The notes under the pieces: generated by a model
Databases searched by the model: none
Seen by the model: only the letters and a program-made list of their open reading frames with translations
Told to the model about the DNA's origin: nothing
Translations under genes and position numbers: made by a program
Shown: piece after piece, positions 37,494 to 51,729 of the stretch
How the letters are laid out: each line of letters begins with the position of its first letter
Position numbering within the stretch: position 1 is the stretch's first letter
Source of the DNA: Octopus bimaculoides
Lineage: Eukaryota
Length of the DNA: 64,000 bases
Direction of reading: 5' to 3'
Assembly: GCF_001194135.2 (NCBI RefSeq)
Contig: NC_068983.1
Coordinates: 159,384,175-159,448,174 of the forward strand

Positions 37494-40119
37494 TATCTGC
37501 ATTTATTCGTATACACATATGCAAAATTATTACGAGCGCATAAAACAGGCAGAATCAAAATGTTAGCGAGTATATATATATCCTTAATGTGTCTCAGCAG
37601 ATTTAACGCACTCCTTTCAGTCAAAATATTCACACACACTCACAAACATATATACATGCAAAAATGCATATTCATCCTTAAATGCATGTGTATGTGTAGA
37701 TATCTATTTGTAAAGTGTTTGTGTGTATGTACAAATGTGTATGTTTGTGCATATGTGTATGCGTTTTTACTGCGTTTTAGCTTCTCTCAATACTGTATCC
37801 ATTTTAACGGAGAGACTATTTGAAAAATACACGTTTTCATGTGACTCTCAATTTTGATTTTTAATCTAAGCTTTCAGAAAAATGAATTGTATTTTATTGT
37901 ATATATCAAAACAAGCTTCCAGATTCGAAGTCAGTTTGATAAGGCTGAAACTGTTGGCCTTTGTGTCACTTCTTAAACTTTATGTCGATTACGAACAATA
38001 TAAAAGTACACGCACATATATTAGATAAAAAAACACATTTATCATACAAGTTTCTTTGCCATCCACCAACAACAGATGCAAATTCGTATATTTTATACAC
38101 TGGTGGCTTCTACACACATGATCTCTCTTTTTCTTCCTTCCTCTCTCGCATATATGCACACACGCACTCATACACACTAGCGCACTCGCTTGTATGTTTC
38201 TCTATGTTGTTATTTCTAAATGAATACATCAACTAAAAGGTCGAATGTATGTCACGGTTGCTATGGATAGTTTCGTTGAAACCTTATTGTCTATTGAGCT
38301 GAAAGTGTATCTAAGTTACTACTTATACAAATAATATAATGTTTATGATGCTACTTATTTTGGTAATTACAAATAATTACCATTATTAGTAAGCCTGGTG
38401 TATAAATCATTGAGAATACTCGAGCTTATTGTTTCAGTTCATGGCCCAATCACTGATCATTGCCATATATATTTGGCTTTCATTAACATTTTTATATATT
38501 TCTCTTTTGCTTTGTTTTACTTTCCCCTAGATTATTATTTCAACAGCGTTCGCTATTTACCGACAGCTCTCATGAAGTAAAGAACTTGTTTACAGTGAAA
38601 AACATTTTTGACGCTTCCGCAAGATCATTTTTGACACGGGAAAATTACTTTAACTTTATTTCAATTCTCGATTGAAAAAGATGAAAAAAGAAAAAAAGGA
38701 AAAAATAGAGAGAAAACGGTGGTGCCAAAACAGTAGAAGACGGAGGGCGATAGGCGATGTGTCACATATCTCAGAACAAGAGGTGTGCTCAGTCGCGCCC
38801 TGCATTAATGACTGCAATGTCGTTACCGCGGAGAATGGCCGACGAACTCACCGTTGTAGCTACTCTACCTCCCAAAGCTCAGATCTTTGAGTCATACGCG
38901 TACAGGAAAAAAAAAATAAATAAATAAAAACGCTCTTTTAGAACACAGTTGTAATACTTTGCAATACTTATTTTATTCATCTTGCCAAGCGGAAGAGGTT
39001 GTAACCATGGTTTTCATATACCGAATCCCGAAGAGAGCAGTAAGATCACAATAGCTAATATTTTTCTTAAATAGTTTCAAGTTGTCAACTAAGGGAAGTA
39101 GAAAAAAAAAACAGACTCAGCAACGAAAGCGAAAAGGAAATACGCAGGTTTAGGAAACTTTAGTTAGATGGGGCCTGGAAAGGGGAAGACACAGAGAGGA
39201 CAAGTATGAGGTACAAGTGCCCGAATGGCACGGCACACGAGTACCAAAAAGTAGGGGTTACTATAACAGCGGCAGAAGGATAAGAAATTTTGGTTGTGGT
39301 TTCTAGCAGATCTAGTGACTATGAAAACGTTCTCTCGATGTTTGGAAAACATTTACATTATCGGATAGGCTTCCTTCTTTTCCTTCTTTTCTTTCTTCTT
39401 AATTAATATGTCACTGGTTATTTTGTTATATTTTCGATTCTTCAAACTTTCCAACAGTGCTTGTGTGCAATAAAAACCTGGTCCACTGACTGAGTTGGTG
39501 ATCGCCATGGAAACTGATGAGTTTGTAATTATACAGGCTGGCTGGCAAAATGTTTGAAGAAGAATTCTTGCTTTAGGACAATTTACGCGTGCACACAGGT
39601 ACGTAAATATATTAAAAACGCACAGAGAAACATACATATATAAATGCATAAAATCATACGCAAAATAACCTGCATGCACATATACGCAAAATAACCTGTA
39701 TAAACATGCAGACACATACAGAAAATCAAATCGATACATGCACACATGTACTCACATGTAGACGCAATGAGAATCCCACATATATCCACAGTTAAACATA
39801 CTGAAGAGCTACATGTCCACATGAGCTCATACAAACACATGCGCAGACACAAACAAACGCAAACACAGGCACTCGTACAGTCACAGGTGAAAAGACACAC
39901 AAATCATACTAACTCATGCATATATACATGTACGATTACATTCACAGATATACACATACACACATACTAACACACACAAAACACTCGATGAACGTGCTAG
40001 CGTCTAGCTTTAGAATAATTTCTTAAGCGAACTGTGTTGTAATACTTTCTAATCTGGATGGTAGATTGTACATTGAAGCGTGCACACACAGATGCACACA
40101 TGCATGCTCTTGCAAATAT

Positions 40120-40157
<38 letters not shown>

Positions 40158-40369
40158 GCATGTGTATATGTGCGTGTGAGTTTGTGTTATGGTACTCCAC
40201 TATGTCCTGGTTCACACTAGCTTAACATTACTAAACTGCTACGTGCATTTGTAGACGTGTTTACGTGTATGTATGCATGTGTTGCTTGTAGACATAGATG
40301 CAACTGCATTTCTACACCTATGTGAATGCGTACATTTGCATGTGTATGTACTTATATATGTGTACACAC

Positions 40370-40423
40370 ACATCTATATATATATTTATATATGTATGTA
40401 TATACATACATACAAACATACAT

Positions 40424-40479
<56 letters not shown>

Positions 40480-40480
40480 G
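40370..40480. repeat. (TA)n/(CA)n/(TACA)n compound microsatellite
   Basis: Directly visible. Confidence 0.9.
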
Positions 40481-41091
40481 TATTTGTATATATATGCATG
40501 TGTGTGCACCTATCTGTATGTGGCCATGTATATCTGCATGTCTTTCATTTTTATGCAACTGTACATGTGTATAAGTGTGCAACTATACATGCTTTTGACT
40601 ACACCTGTACTTACCTTTGTGCATACGTATCAATATGTGCGTGCATGTGTGCATTTGCATGTGTGCATTTGCATTTGAGATAACTGCAATGAACATATAG
40701 GAACCCTTACAAACCACACAGAAGCCAAACAGAAGAGGTTGTGAGCTAGATAAGCAACGCAATTATATACTTATACACTCACTCCATAACACATAACGAA
40801 TGGTTTATATTTAGTTAGAACAGGAAAGGCAATGCTTATAATCTTTAAAGTCGTTTGTCTCAGACTTGTAAGCTTGATACTTATTTCAAATATATGATTT
40901 GTTTATATAATATCAACTTTTCTTCTATTTTATTTTGTTTTGGGTTTTAGCTGCTTAATTTATGTCTTCTTTGTCAATGTGCAAGTTTCTAAAATGTGGA
41001 GGAAAGTGTGTATGTAATATCTAAAAAAAAAAAAAATAATAATCTTGTATTTGGGTATTATACGGTATATTTCATTATAGACTACTAGAAA

Positions 41092-41309
41092 AAGGTGACG
41101 AGCGGGCAGAACCGTTAGTACGCCAGACAAAATGCTTTGCGGTATTTCGTTTGTCTTTATGTACTGAGTTGAAATTCGCCGAGCTGGATTTTGCCTTTCG
41201 TCCTTTCGGGGTCTATGAATTAAGTACCATTGGAGCACTGAGGTTGATGTAATCGACTAGCCCCATCCTCCCCAAATTTCAGGCGTTGTGCCTATAGGAG
41301 AAAAAGGAT
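41092..41309 (+). mobile_element. SINE family B copy (ttgtgcc-type tail)
   Basis: Collinear with 33923-34090 but with a different 3' tail. Confidence 0.85.
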
Positions 41310-41452
41310 CTTATATCGCTAGAAATGTGGCAGGTAGTTCTGGATCTACATTTTCTTGGTTCACCCTCAACCCAAAGGTAACTTTGACTATCTCTGGACC
41401 GCAGAATAAAGTACTTGCCATATACATGAGTCACTGGCAGAAGAATTCGTTA

Positions 41453-41540
41453 CTGGGCAGTTTAGCCTAATGTTAAAGCACTTGACGCGTAATCACAGGG
41501 ATGTGAGTTCGAGTCTCAAAGCTAGCCGGTAGCGTATTTT
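41453..41540 (+). mobile_element. Degenerate tRNA-like SINE head
   Basis: A box tagcctaatgtt, B box gagttcgagtc; no complete cloverleaf. Confidence 0.5.
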
Positions 41541-42104
41541 TCTGCAATGTATGGATAATTTATCCTGATCACGCTATTTATTAGCATTATCACGTGTTTG
41601 AGAATAAAAAGAAATTATTTCTCTATCTCTCAATACATCTCAACGCTTCTAAAACAAACTTTGTTTGTTTACTTTCATCGTAAGTTGAATTATATATCAC
41701 TTTGCTTTTATCGCACGAGAGATGGATAAAATATGTACCTGTCAGACATAGGATTTGATTTAATTCTTTTTATCGTTTACTCATTAATACTCATTGGCTA
41801 ATTTATAATTATTTAATTAAGAATATGGCTTGAAATAATTGATCTTCTTAGAAAATGACTATGATGTAATGCTTTCCTATTCTAAAAGGTTGTTGATGGT
41901 TTAGTTAGAAGAGACAGCGCTACATTTAAGCTCTTTTTATGGGCTTCCGAGACTATGGAAAAGAAAGTAGGATGTTATCCTTAGAATAGGTGGGATTGTT
42001 TTCAAAAGGGAGAACTAAATAACACAAGGTTCAGGGGGTAGTATTAAACTTAGGTGATGGGATAGATTAAATCTCTCACGCAAGAACAGGAATAGTTCCG
42101 CTAT

Positions 42105-42250
42105 ATGGCTTCTACACTCGTCTCGTCCACCAAATTTTACTCACAGGGTCATTTTACTCGACATTTGCTATATCAGAAAGCACTTATTCAAGGTGCTATG
42201 CAGAAGGATCGCAACGAAAATAATGTGGTTATGAAACAAAATGCTGAAAC
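42105..42250 (-). mobile_element. SINE family A head, old copy
   Basis: ggcttct...caccaaattttactcacagg...caaggtgctatgcag...atgtggtt matches 15421-15557 degenerately. Confidence 0.55.
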
Positions 42251-42913
42251 CTGAAGTATTTTATACATGGATGCACATATGTTTCCAAGAAATATCTTCA
42301 TACTTTGCAAAATACTTTTCTAGTTATAAGTTTCTCTAGTATTTCTTACTCACACAGATTTCATTATCAGACATCTTATTAAACTTTTCTCTGTTGTCTA
42401 ATTGTCGTACATGAGAGAGTTAGCACTTTGTTTCTTCCTTATTAACTACTCTACACAATTACCTATCAAGATTATCACTGAAATTACCGTTGTTTGACAG
42501 TATTCACAGGTATGTTAATATTGCTCATGAACAGGAATAGAGATTATAGTTGCATACAATGAAGTTTTGAAGTATACAGAAATAGTAGTATTTATATATA
42601 GAAATATACATTTAAAATCTGGTAATCAGAACAAAAGATAGCGAAAGCACACAAAGGGCTTCACAATATCTTTGAAAACAAATAAAGATATCGGAAGAAG
42701 CAGAGCAAACGTTGATTGGAAGAAGATATTCTAAAAATAAAGTTACTGTAATTCAGAGATTTTGACAAGTATTCAATTTGTTGACTTTGCAAGACTACAA
42801 GGTCGGGACAAACATGTGTATAGGATCGTGTTGGGACAGCAGAGAGAAGAAATGGGAGATGACCGATGATCAATAAAGAAAGAAATAAGAACATAGAGCG
42901 AGAAAGAGGGAAA

Positions 42914-42957
<44 letters not shown>

Positions 42958-43476
42958 NNNNNNNNNNAGGAAGGGAGAGAGAGATGAAATTAAAAAGTAT
43001 AGGAACTGATGGGAAGGAAAAGCAAGGAAAGGAGCTGCAAATTAGAAAAGAAGAATGGAAATAGACATAAAGGAAAACGAAAATGGATAAAAGGAGAAAT
43101 GGCTGGAGACTAGACAAGATATCAGAATGGATAGGCACGAGATAGAAAGGATAAAAGCGGTCTGGAGACATGGATAGATTTTTCAGCGACTGGGAAGAAA
43201 TTAGACGCAATGAAGATTAGAGATAAATGGATATTAGAAGGAAGTAAGTAAACAATAGAGGCTAAAGGGGAATAATGAAGTTGATGAAGACGTAAATAGA
43301 ATGGTCACTACATAAACTAACAACCTTTATCATCGCCATATCTACTGATACAGTTACAGCAACACGCATACATATACATATACCCATGTACGGACGCACG
43401 GAGGCACACAGACTTATCTATACCGATGGGTATATATATGTCTCTATATAGAAAAAAAGACAAAACTAGTAAAAGC

Positions 43477-43550
<74 letters not shown>

Positions 43551-44699
43551 GCGAGTTTCAATGTAAGAATGGAAAACAATGTACCCAATACAATTACTAG
43601 GGTTTAGTTTTTTAACTTCATCGCTACTTTGCACATGGGTGGGAACAGAAAAGTGGAATAGTAATGAATTAAAGACTTAACCTAGAATACGTACATTATT
43701 GAGGGTGGTTTTATTTTCGAAAATTTTCATCGATGGAGAAAACCAGTTTCTGACCCAGAAACAAGAGTGATTTATTCGAATTTAGACAACAACGTAATAA
43801 CGGAATATAAATGCGTGCATGTTAGAATGTATGCATGCACGTACTTTTGTGCATGTATGCTTGTGTGCAAGCACGGATGTATTTTGAATGTATGAACCTG
43901 TATGTTTTGATTTATGTGTGTGTACATACACATCCAGTAATTACTAGGAATTCATGTACTAGCAGCGCATCAGGATCCTACCCAAAGATTTAAGAAACCT
44001 ACATAGGGCGGATGTAGATGTCTTCAGGATCGGATCTCCTACTCTCAAAATTTCTGGATGTACCAACTTCACGACAGAAAATGCAAATAAGGGTAACAAG
44101 TAAAAGAGTTAGCTATATGCATGTGTTACATACTAAACTTCTAGAATTTTTTACATATTCTCAAAGTGGTTTCAATGTCATGCAATTGTAATTTCCTAAT
44201 TTACTGCGATCTTCCTCGTTTTATTAAAGTCAGATTCTCAAAATGTGTTATGTTTCCAATTCTTTCGATAACTACACGTATAAATCTAAAGCTTGAGTTC
44301 AGGTGGAGTAACTTCAGTTTTCTTATTAGCTCCGCATATTTTCTTCTCCTCCACTAATAATCAAGATTATGTTAACATCTGGTTTCTACTACTACTACGC
44401 CTAATTTATTTCTTGTTTCAGATCAGTATATCTGGTCTGTTATGCTTGCAATTTCCTGATATCTTTCTTTGCTTGAAAAATATAACTTTTCCAGTTTGTC
44501 ATTTAAACTTTTAGTGTAGTCGCACCAAATACCAATAATTGTCAGTATAAAAGTGAATTTATAGAGAAGCTGCAGACTTCGAAGTAATTTTTCATAAGCC
44601 TTCTCCTTTCTGATTTTGTAAGAGCTATTCTCATCTGTAGGACAGTATGCATGAGCTTTCTTTCCTCTCCTAAATAACTATATCAGTCCTCTTTGTGGA

Positions 44700-46750
44700 G
44701 GTTTCGATAGGACTCTACCACTAATATTCGTTGTGTTTATAAGTGAGCATTTAATAACAGGGAAATTATCCAAATTTACTCACAGAGCAGTCTTACCAAC
44801 AGTTGACATTGTTTGTTATTTAAGTAATATCCTGACATGATGACATTCTGGGGCAGCTGCTTACCACACGCGTAATATCTTCCACAGATATGTAATATCA
44901 TCGACATTTTCAAATGCACTGTGGATGTTCCTGGGCTTCGCTGTCTCTTTAGTTCGTTAAGAATATCCTGCCCTCAGATTACAACGTTATAACCTTAAAA
45001 AATGTGACATGATGTCAGAAGTTCAAAACAAGTTACATATCATGTTAATATTATCATCATCCCCAGGAAACATACCTGTGCATAGCATTTTTATGGTACG
45101 CAAAGTATTTCGCTTACACTACTTCTCGTTCATATAGCAAGTGCTCGGAAAGTGAATATTTATGTTTAGACAGAGTACGACAGAAAAAGCTTCAATATCT
45201 TCCACAGTCATTGGTATGTCGATAGTAAAGTTAGGCAGGCAGTAGCAATACCATCATGTAGCTAATATTTTATCATTTTCTTTTTCAGTTACCGTTATGG
45301 TTTGGACTGATGCAAATTATGCATTTTTTGTTTAAAATTTTGTCAAACTGTAAAATGTGTAAGGTTTTTCGCTGCTGCTTCAGAATTCCAGCCAGTCACA
45401 AGCAAAGAGCTGTGCTTCTTTTGTTTGAGTTAAACCGGTTCCAGATATTTGTGAATATGTAATTTAGTGTAGATATATGTAAATGCGTCGTTATATATAT
45501 CGCCCTATTTTCTGTAATAATGCTGTAATCAATTCTATTACTGGCTTTTGCTGTTGTGAATTACTTGTAAACAGTTTAAGGTAATCGGTATGGAAGGTAT
45601 TTGTGACGCTATATTTTTCTCCTCTAAAGATTCTGACATATAGTCTTTACATTACTCCAATATGACTGTCAAGTGACCACTAAAAAGACGAAAAACAAAA
45701 CAGACGAAGACAAGCTGTCGATAATCTAACTCTTTTTATGACTAAAGTTATGAATAACATTCGACAACTCTGTAATCCATGATATTGTCAGTCTTTTAAT
45801 AGCATTGACTTTAGCAGACGAAATCTTGACAATGTGTAGGCACTCTAGAATCTTTGGCTGAGAGACGGCTGCAAACTCATTCTTATATTGTGGACATAGA
45901 ACTATCACCAATCCTTTAAATTACTCCTCCTCCTCCGTTGCCATGTTTGGTTCGCCGTAATCTAAGAGACATACACACATGCAACTAATGTAGCACTTAT
46001 AAATTACATTTAAGCATGCTCTGGACCTGTAGTTTTGAGTACATATGTCCCTATATTTTTCTAGTTCGAGAGTAGTCCTTGCATCTATTTACTCCTTTGT
46101 CCATTATTGTTTGAATAGGTTGATGAGAGTTTGCTGAAGAGCGTGAGCTTCCAATATTAATTACTAGCTATCAAGCCTCTCCTAGGAGATTTTCTATCTG
46201 GTAGTTTTGCAACAGCTGTTAGCCGAGTTTCACTGATGATGTATGTTTTGGGAGCAACATTTGCACAGTACTCACTCCGCAATCACATTAGTTCGTAGTA
46301 GTACTATTTTTTTTTACATTCTAGATTACACCTAAAAATAACGTTATATCAGTAAAAAAAAAAAAAAAGCTTTTACAAATTTGATTGTGTGACCTTCTAC
46401 GCTGCATATGCCACTTTGGGAATTTAATACGAACTTTGCTTTATAATATTGTGTTCTTGTAATTTTCTATCTCGTGAATTTTGATTTACCGTTCATAGTT
46501 CATATTTAAAAGCAATTAGCTTACCTGAGAATGTCCCTCGTTGACAATTTTCGCAGGCTTTCGATCGTTTATTACAGTCGCAGCTACTGTTTCGTGAATT
46601 CATTATTTACTTAACATCTAATGATAGTGTCCGCTTGTCCGATACCTTTCCGGAGTCTATCGATATTTTATTGAAAAGCAGTGACCTCTATTATTTCTCA
46701 TATCCATCGAACCTTGTTACTCTAATCTATTGGAGAATAGTAACTGCATC
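44700..46750 (-). mobile_element. Probable pogo/Tigger transposase fossil
   Basis: Ordered weak motifs on the minus strand: GIGQ..TIIR (HTH-like, ~46600-46660), IISETRL...LPDR (first-D region, ~46190-46240), ITANQTW...LKDW (~45910-45965). Confidence 0.35.
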
Positions 46751-47371
46751 ACTTTAGGGACATTTAATATTTAAAAGTTGGGAGCTTGAGCTTATGCTAG
46801 ATGTTCTTTAGTAACATAATCAATCACTGATAACATCAAGTCAGAAGATATTCTATCGATTCGAGTAAAGTAGTGATTTGTCTACATAAATGGCAAAGTT
46901 TTGCTTGAATATTGTTGTGAGTATGGTTTATATATTTCACTAATTTCTATTTGTTCAGAAGCACCTTCTACATCCGTGCAATGTCTGAAGTTATATTCCA
47001 GGGTTATTGCTATGGTTTTTACTTTAGTAGAGGTTTATGTTCGCATTTTTATTGAAGTAAGAATCTATTGGTCTGTTTACACTTATTCGCTGTGCATTTT
47101 TGTGTTAGGAGAAGCAGCATAAATCTTCTTAACGAAACTAACCGTCACAGAAGCAACACACTGAAATGTAAGAAGCGGGGATATATTGCATACCGTTAGA
47201 ATTTCACACTCTTTATATAAAGAACAGGGGATCTTTACCGGCCTTTTCCAAGAAATGCCAGAACTCTTTATTTCAAAAGTTCTCTGGAATTTATTTTGAG
47301 TGTTACGAGCCCGAAGATAGCTGAGTCCAAATTTCCTTTTTTGCCAAGGAGTACGTAATAATAATCTGTAT

Positions 47372-47543
47372 TTCAAAGGGCCAGCCTTGTCACATTATGT
47401 GTCACGCTGAATCTCCCTGAGAACTACGTTAAGAGTACGCGTGTCTGTGGAGTGCTCAGCCACTTGCACCTTAATTTCACGTGCAAGCTGTTCTGTTGAT
47501 CGTATCAGCTGGGACGCTCGTCGACGTAACCGACGGAGTGCTC
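47372..47543 (+). mobile_element. SINE C-type 3' body
   Basis: High similarity to the reverse complement of 9190-9360. Confidence 0.9.
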
Positions 47544-48002
47544 CTCTAATATATGTATGTAAATAAATAAACTCATATATATACAAAATGTAAAGTCAAT
47601 AATCATTACAATGGACAATGCACTGGAACAAAGCTTGAAAATTTTGGTATTATTTAGCGTATTTATGGAAACAGAGAATGTCATAACATTTCGTGCATTA
47701 GTCGTTCATCAGAAGAAAAGAAAGTAAGAAGCATAGAAAGAGTAAAAGAGTGAAATAGTTTGTAAAAAAGCAGCAAGTGAGAAACTAGGTACGTATGTTG
47801 TTCTATGCTAGGAAGTTAAAAAAGAGAGGTGTGTATGTAGATACAAGTGTCAAAGAGCATAAAGGTGTGTTAGTGTAGTCTATGTATGTGTATAGAAGTG
47901 TAGAAGGATGGAAATATAATTGTGTTGGTGTTGTGAAAGCGTGTATCTGAGGTGGTGAGAGACTGTGCGAAGGAGTACAATCATTGATAAAGTATTTAGA
48001 AT

Positions 48003-48057
<55 letters not shown>

Positions 48058-48669
48058 GTGATGCTACTGTTTTTGTTGTTTTGTCTGTTGTTAAGCGTTT
48101 TGTAACTTGTCATTTGTATATCTATTCATGCGTGATGACTTTTAGTACCAGCTGGTTTTGTACCAGAGTCACATAAATGCATATTCAAACGTATACACAC
48201 ACTAACACATACACATATGGAAGTATGTATAAGCATGTTAGCACTTATGCACGCAAGATAGAAATGTTAGAAGCGTGGCCTAAAATATCATGTAGAGATT
48301 CTCTCAGTTTGACGCATGTAAGCTGACCGCGTAACCAGTTCCAACTAAGACACCATGAACAAATTAATCTCCATAAATTAGCACATGTAAACATTTTATT
48401 TCATTACTTTCCCGCACACCACTTGAGTTATATATACGACGTGACCACGATGTCATACACACACACATACATACATGTATATGTGTGTGTATGTATGTAC
48501 GTATGTATGCATGTATGTATGTACGTATGCATTCATGCATGTACGTATGTATATATAATATATCTTAGTAATTACACAGTCATCACCAAACAGGGCACTC
48601 CGACTGCTAATACAATCCAGTGATATATTGAAAGTTTTCTAGGTTGATGATTTAAAGCAAATCCCAAGT

Positions 48670-48712
<43 letters not shown>

Positions 48713-49108
48713 CCTTGAACATAAACATCTTCCATTTTGAATACATAGCTATAAAGAAACGCAATTACAAACAAAGGCAGAAACAAGTGAGCAGATTCTC
48801 TAACTGAAACTGCGGTTACTCTGTTATTTGAAAGTGGAATGTTGCATAAATGTCATATATTTAAATTTAAATTTAGAAATGTAATCATTTATGTCCTAAG
48901 TATTATTCATATTCAGGGCGTTGCTATTGCAAATTTCAGTGCGATACAGGACATTCTCGGGCAGCTGTTGATGATATAGATGACATCTTCAACACCGGAG
49001 TGTTACAATCGACATTTTCTTTCAAATTATCGAGGTTTAGAGAAAACTTTAGCTCTCTTATTCATGAAGATGTATAGAATAGAGATAGCGTATCCTTCAA
49101 TGTGAGAT

Positions 49109-49524
49109 TGTGATATACTGTTAGTATATACCGTGATATACTATCAGTATATACTGTGATATACTGTTAGTATATACTGTGATATACTGTTAGTATATAC
49201 TGTGATATACTGTTAGTATATACTGTGATATACTGTTAGTATATACTGTGATATACTATTAGTATATACTGTGATATACTGTTAGTATATACTGTGATAT
49301 ACTGTTAGTATATACTGTGATATACNNNNNNNNNNTATACTGTGATATACTGTTAGTATATACTGTGATATACTGTTAGTATATACTGTGATATACTATT
49401 AGTATATACTGTGATATACTATTAGTATATACTGTGATATACTGTTAGTATATACTGTGATATACTGTTAGTATATACTGTGATATACTGTTAGTATATA
49501 CTGTGATATACTGTTGTGATATAC
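49109..49524. repeat. 23-bp minisatellite TGTGATATACTGTTAGTATATAC, ~18 units (10-N gap inside)
   Basis: Directly visible contiguous units with no spacers. Confidence 0.95.
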
Positions 49525-49868
49525 CAGTAACCTGGTTTTGACGGTGATCACTTGGTTTAATATTGAACTGTTTGCTTTTTTCATTGAGTTAAATTGTAAG
49601 TAGCTGAGTATTCCGCAGATATTTGTACCTTATATGAATCCTCAGCTTGACTTGGTTTGAAACAGTGCCTGACAAGATTGGACTTTTGAATTACAGGTTG
49701 AACCAGTTTAGCGGTGTTCCACAGTTTCCATCTACCCTGTCCTACATGCAAGACTTAGGTCACCTCAAGGTGATAATAAAGGGCAAATGCCAAAGATGTC
49801 ATGCTGGATGGAGCCAAGAAAATCATGATTGCGAAGCGAGTACCGTAACCATTCAATCATGCCTGGAT
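49525..49868 (-). mobile_element. Old SINE: A-like head with C-like 3' body
   Basis: Reverse-complement head caggcatgattgaatggtta...ggtagatggaaactg; body gctgagtattccgcaga...gacaagattggacttttgaatta. Confidence 0.55.
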
Positions 49869-51597
49869 ATACATTAACACTCGCACACGCACTCAACCGC
49901 ACGCACTTCACCCCCACCACAACACACCCCCAACCACACGCTCCCCGTCACATGCACACGCACACAAATACATCCACACATGCATACACGAATATAATAT
50001 GCCCTAGAATCCAAAGTATTCTTCTAAGCTACATGCATGGCGTATGTTGATCAGAATATCTTCCAAACAAACTTGACTATTAGATTAATAACATAGATAA
50101 TATTTGTTACTCTTTCGGTCAACCGAGTTATGGTGTTTTACGCAATGAGAACGACTATGTAGAAGATGTAAATGAATCGATCAATCAATTCTCTCCTCAC
50201 CTTCAGTGTTTAAGACATGTAATTTACATCAGTACCAGACTTCTCCGGTTTTCTATTTATTCACTTCCTCCTTTGCCTTTCACTGTATGTCTTTAATTTT
50301 CATTTCGCTGAAATGATTTCCCCACTCACTACTGACCTTTTGTAAATATTTCTATTATGTTTAGGAAGAAATCGTTTCGAAGTACAGTCCATTCGATATT
50401 TCCGATTCTCAGGGATGTTGAAGCAGTGCAGACTGATAGCCAGTTATAAATAGACAGAAGAAGTGTGATGAATTGATAAAGAGGGTGAGAGAGAAGGAGA
50501 AAAATGGAGAGAGAGAGAGAGGAAGTGAGAGAGAGAGAGAGAGAGAGAAGGAGAGAAAGGGAGAGAGAGAGAGGGAGGTAAGAAGAAAAAGATGGGAGAT
50601 ATAGAATGCAAGAAGTAGAACGAGTAATCTCATGGTTTAATTAGAGAAAATCGTCTCAACAAAAGAATTGAAAATATGAAAGCTGTTCACTAATGTTTCT
50701 ATTCTAATACGATTAATTCAAAATATGTTAGAAGTGCATCACCGGAGTCTAGATTAGACAAAGTTATAAACATTGTGATGTTAATTGTCCAATATCTTAC
50801 GTTAATGTAGTAATATACACGATTGCAACTGTTGTGGAACCACTAATTGGTGAAATAAGGTTGGGCTTTAAAACCAGATTTCTAAGTGCATTAATTCTAA
50901 AACTCTCTATATGAAAGTGGTCAATTCTTTTACAGTGAATGACTTCCTATAATTATTAAGTTGCTCAAATTCTAAAGATAGTTGTATCCCATCGTTGGTG
51001 TTGTGCTGTACTATTTGCAAAGACAGCTGTCAGAAACCAGTTCATTATGAAATACATTTTTAGATATTAACAAGCAATGCGGTCCAAGAATTGTAGCTGT
51101 TTTGTTATGGTCGTCATTATTGTTGTTGTTTAGTCCTCAATATGACTTTGATTGATCAGACCTGTAATCAAGAACATTTCAGCTTTGATCACCATGTCAT
51201 ATTGTTTATCCAGGAATAGAGTAACCCTTCCATTTGAGAAGGTAGAGTGTGACCTATTTCTAGTAAGAACAAACTTCTCTCGATGGTACATAGACTTGTA
51301 TAACAGCATCAGAGTTATTTTCAAAAGTGTCTTCATCTTAAGAACCATTCAATAGTTTGCCACTTGCGCTGCAAGCCATATATAAGCTCGACGCATAAAA
51401 GCAGAAATGTGTAAGAACTGCATATTTAGCTGTGCTGCTTAATTAGTTGATTCTCAGTAGAGTATGAAAGGATTTGCTAATATAGTCACGAACTATTCCT
51501 TAAACTTAATATCATAAGTAATTACAAATTATATCAGTAATTACTAACTCAATAAATTAGACATGTTCTTATACAACTAACATCGCGTCAAGTTTCT

Positions 51598-51729
51598 TTT
51601 TTTCTCATTTCTTATTTCTCATTTCAAAGTCGTCCTCGGCGGAATTTGAACTCAGAACGTAGCGGCAGACGAAATACCGCTAAGCATTTCGCCCGGTGTG
51701 CTAGCATTTCTGCCAACTCGTCACCTTAG
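51598..51729 (-). mobile_element. Head-only SINE family B insertion with 17-bp TSD
   Basis: CATCGCGTCAAGTTTCT at 51581-51597 and 51730-51746; ~100-nt tRNA-like head fused to a (GAAATRA)3-A tail. Confidence 0.9.

Noticed and set aside
42501-42509. 9-nt and 12-nt micro-exon patterns (also 60659-60670)
   Set aside because: Expected by chance at this AT content; nothing links them.
43930-44061. Possible 132-bp MITE (13-bp inverted ends ACATCCAGWAATT)
   Set aside because: Short TIR, no clear TSD and no second copy in the window.
49109-49524. CRISPR-like appearance of a regular repeat
   Set aside because: The units are contiguous with no unique spacers, the context is eukaryotic, and there are no cas genes.
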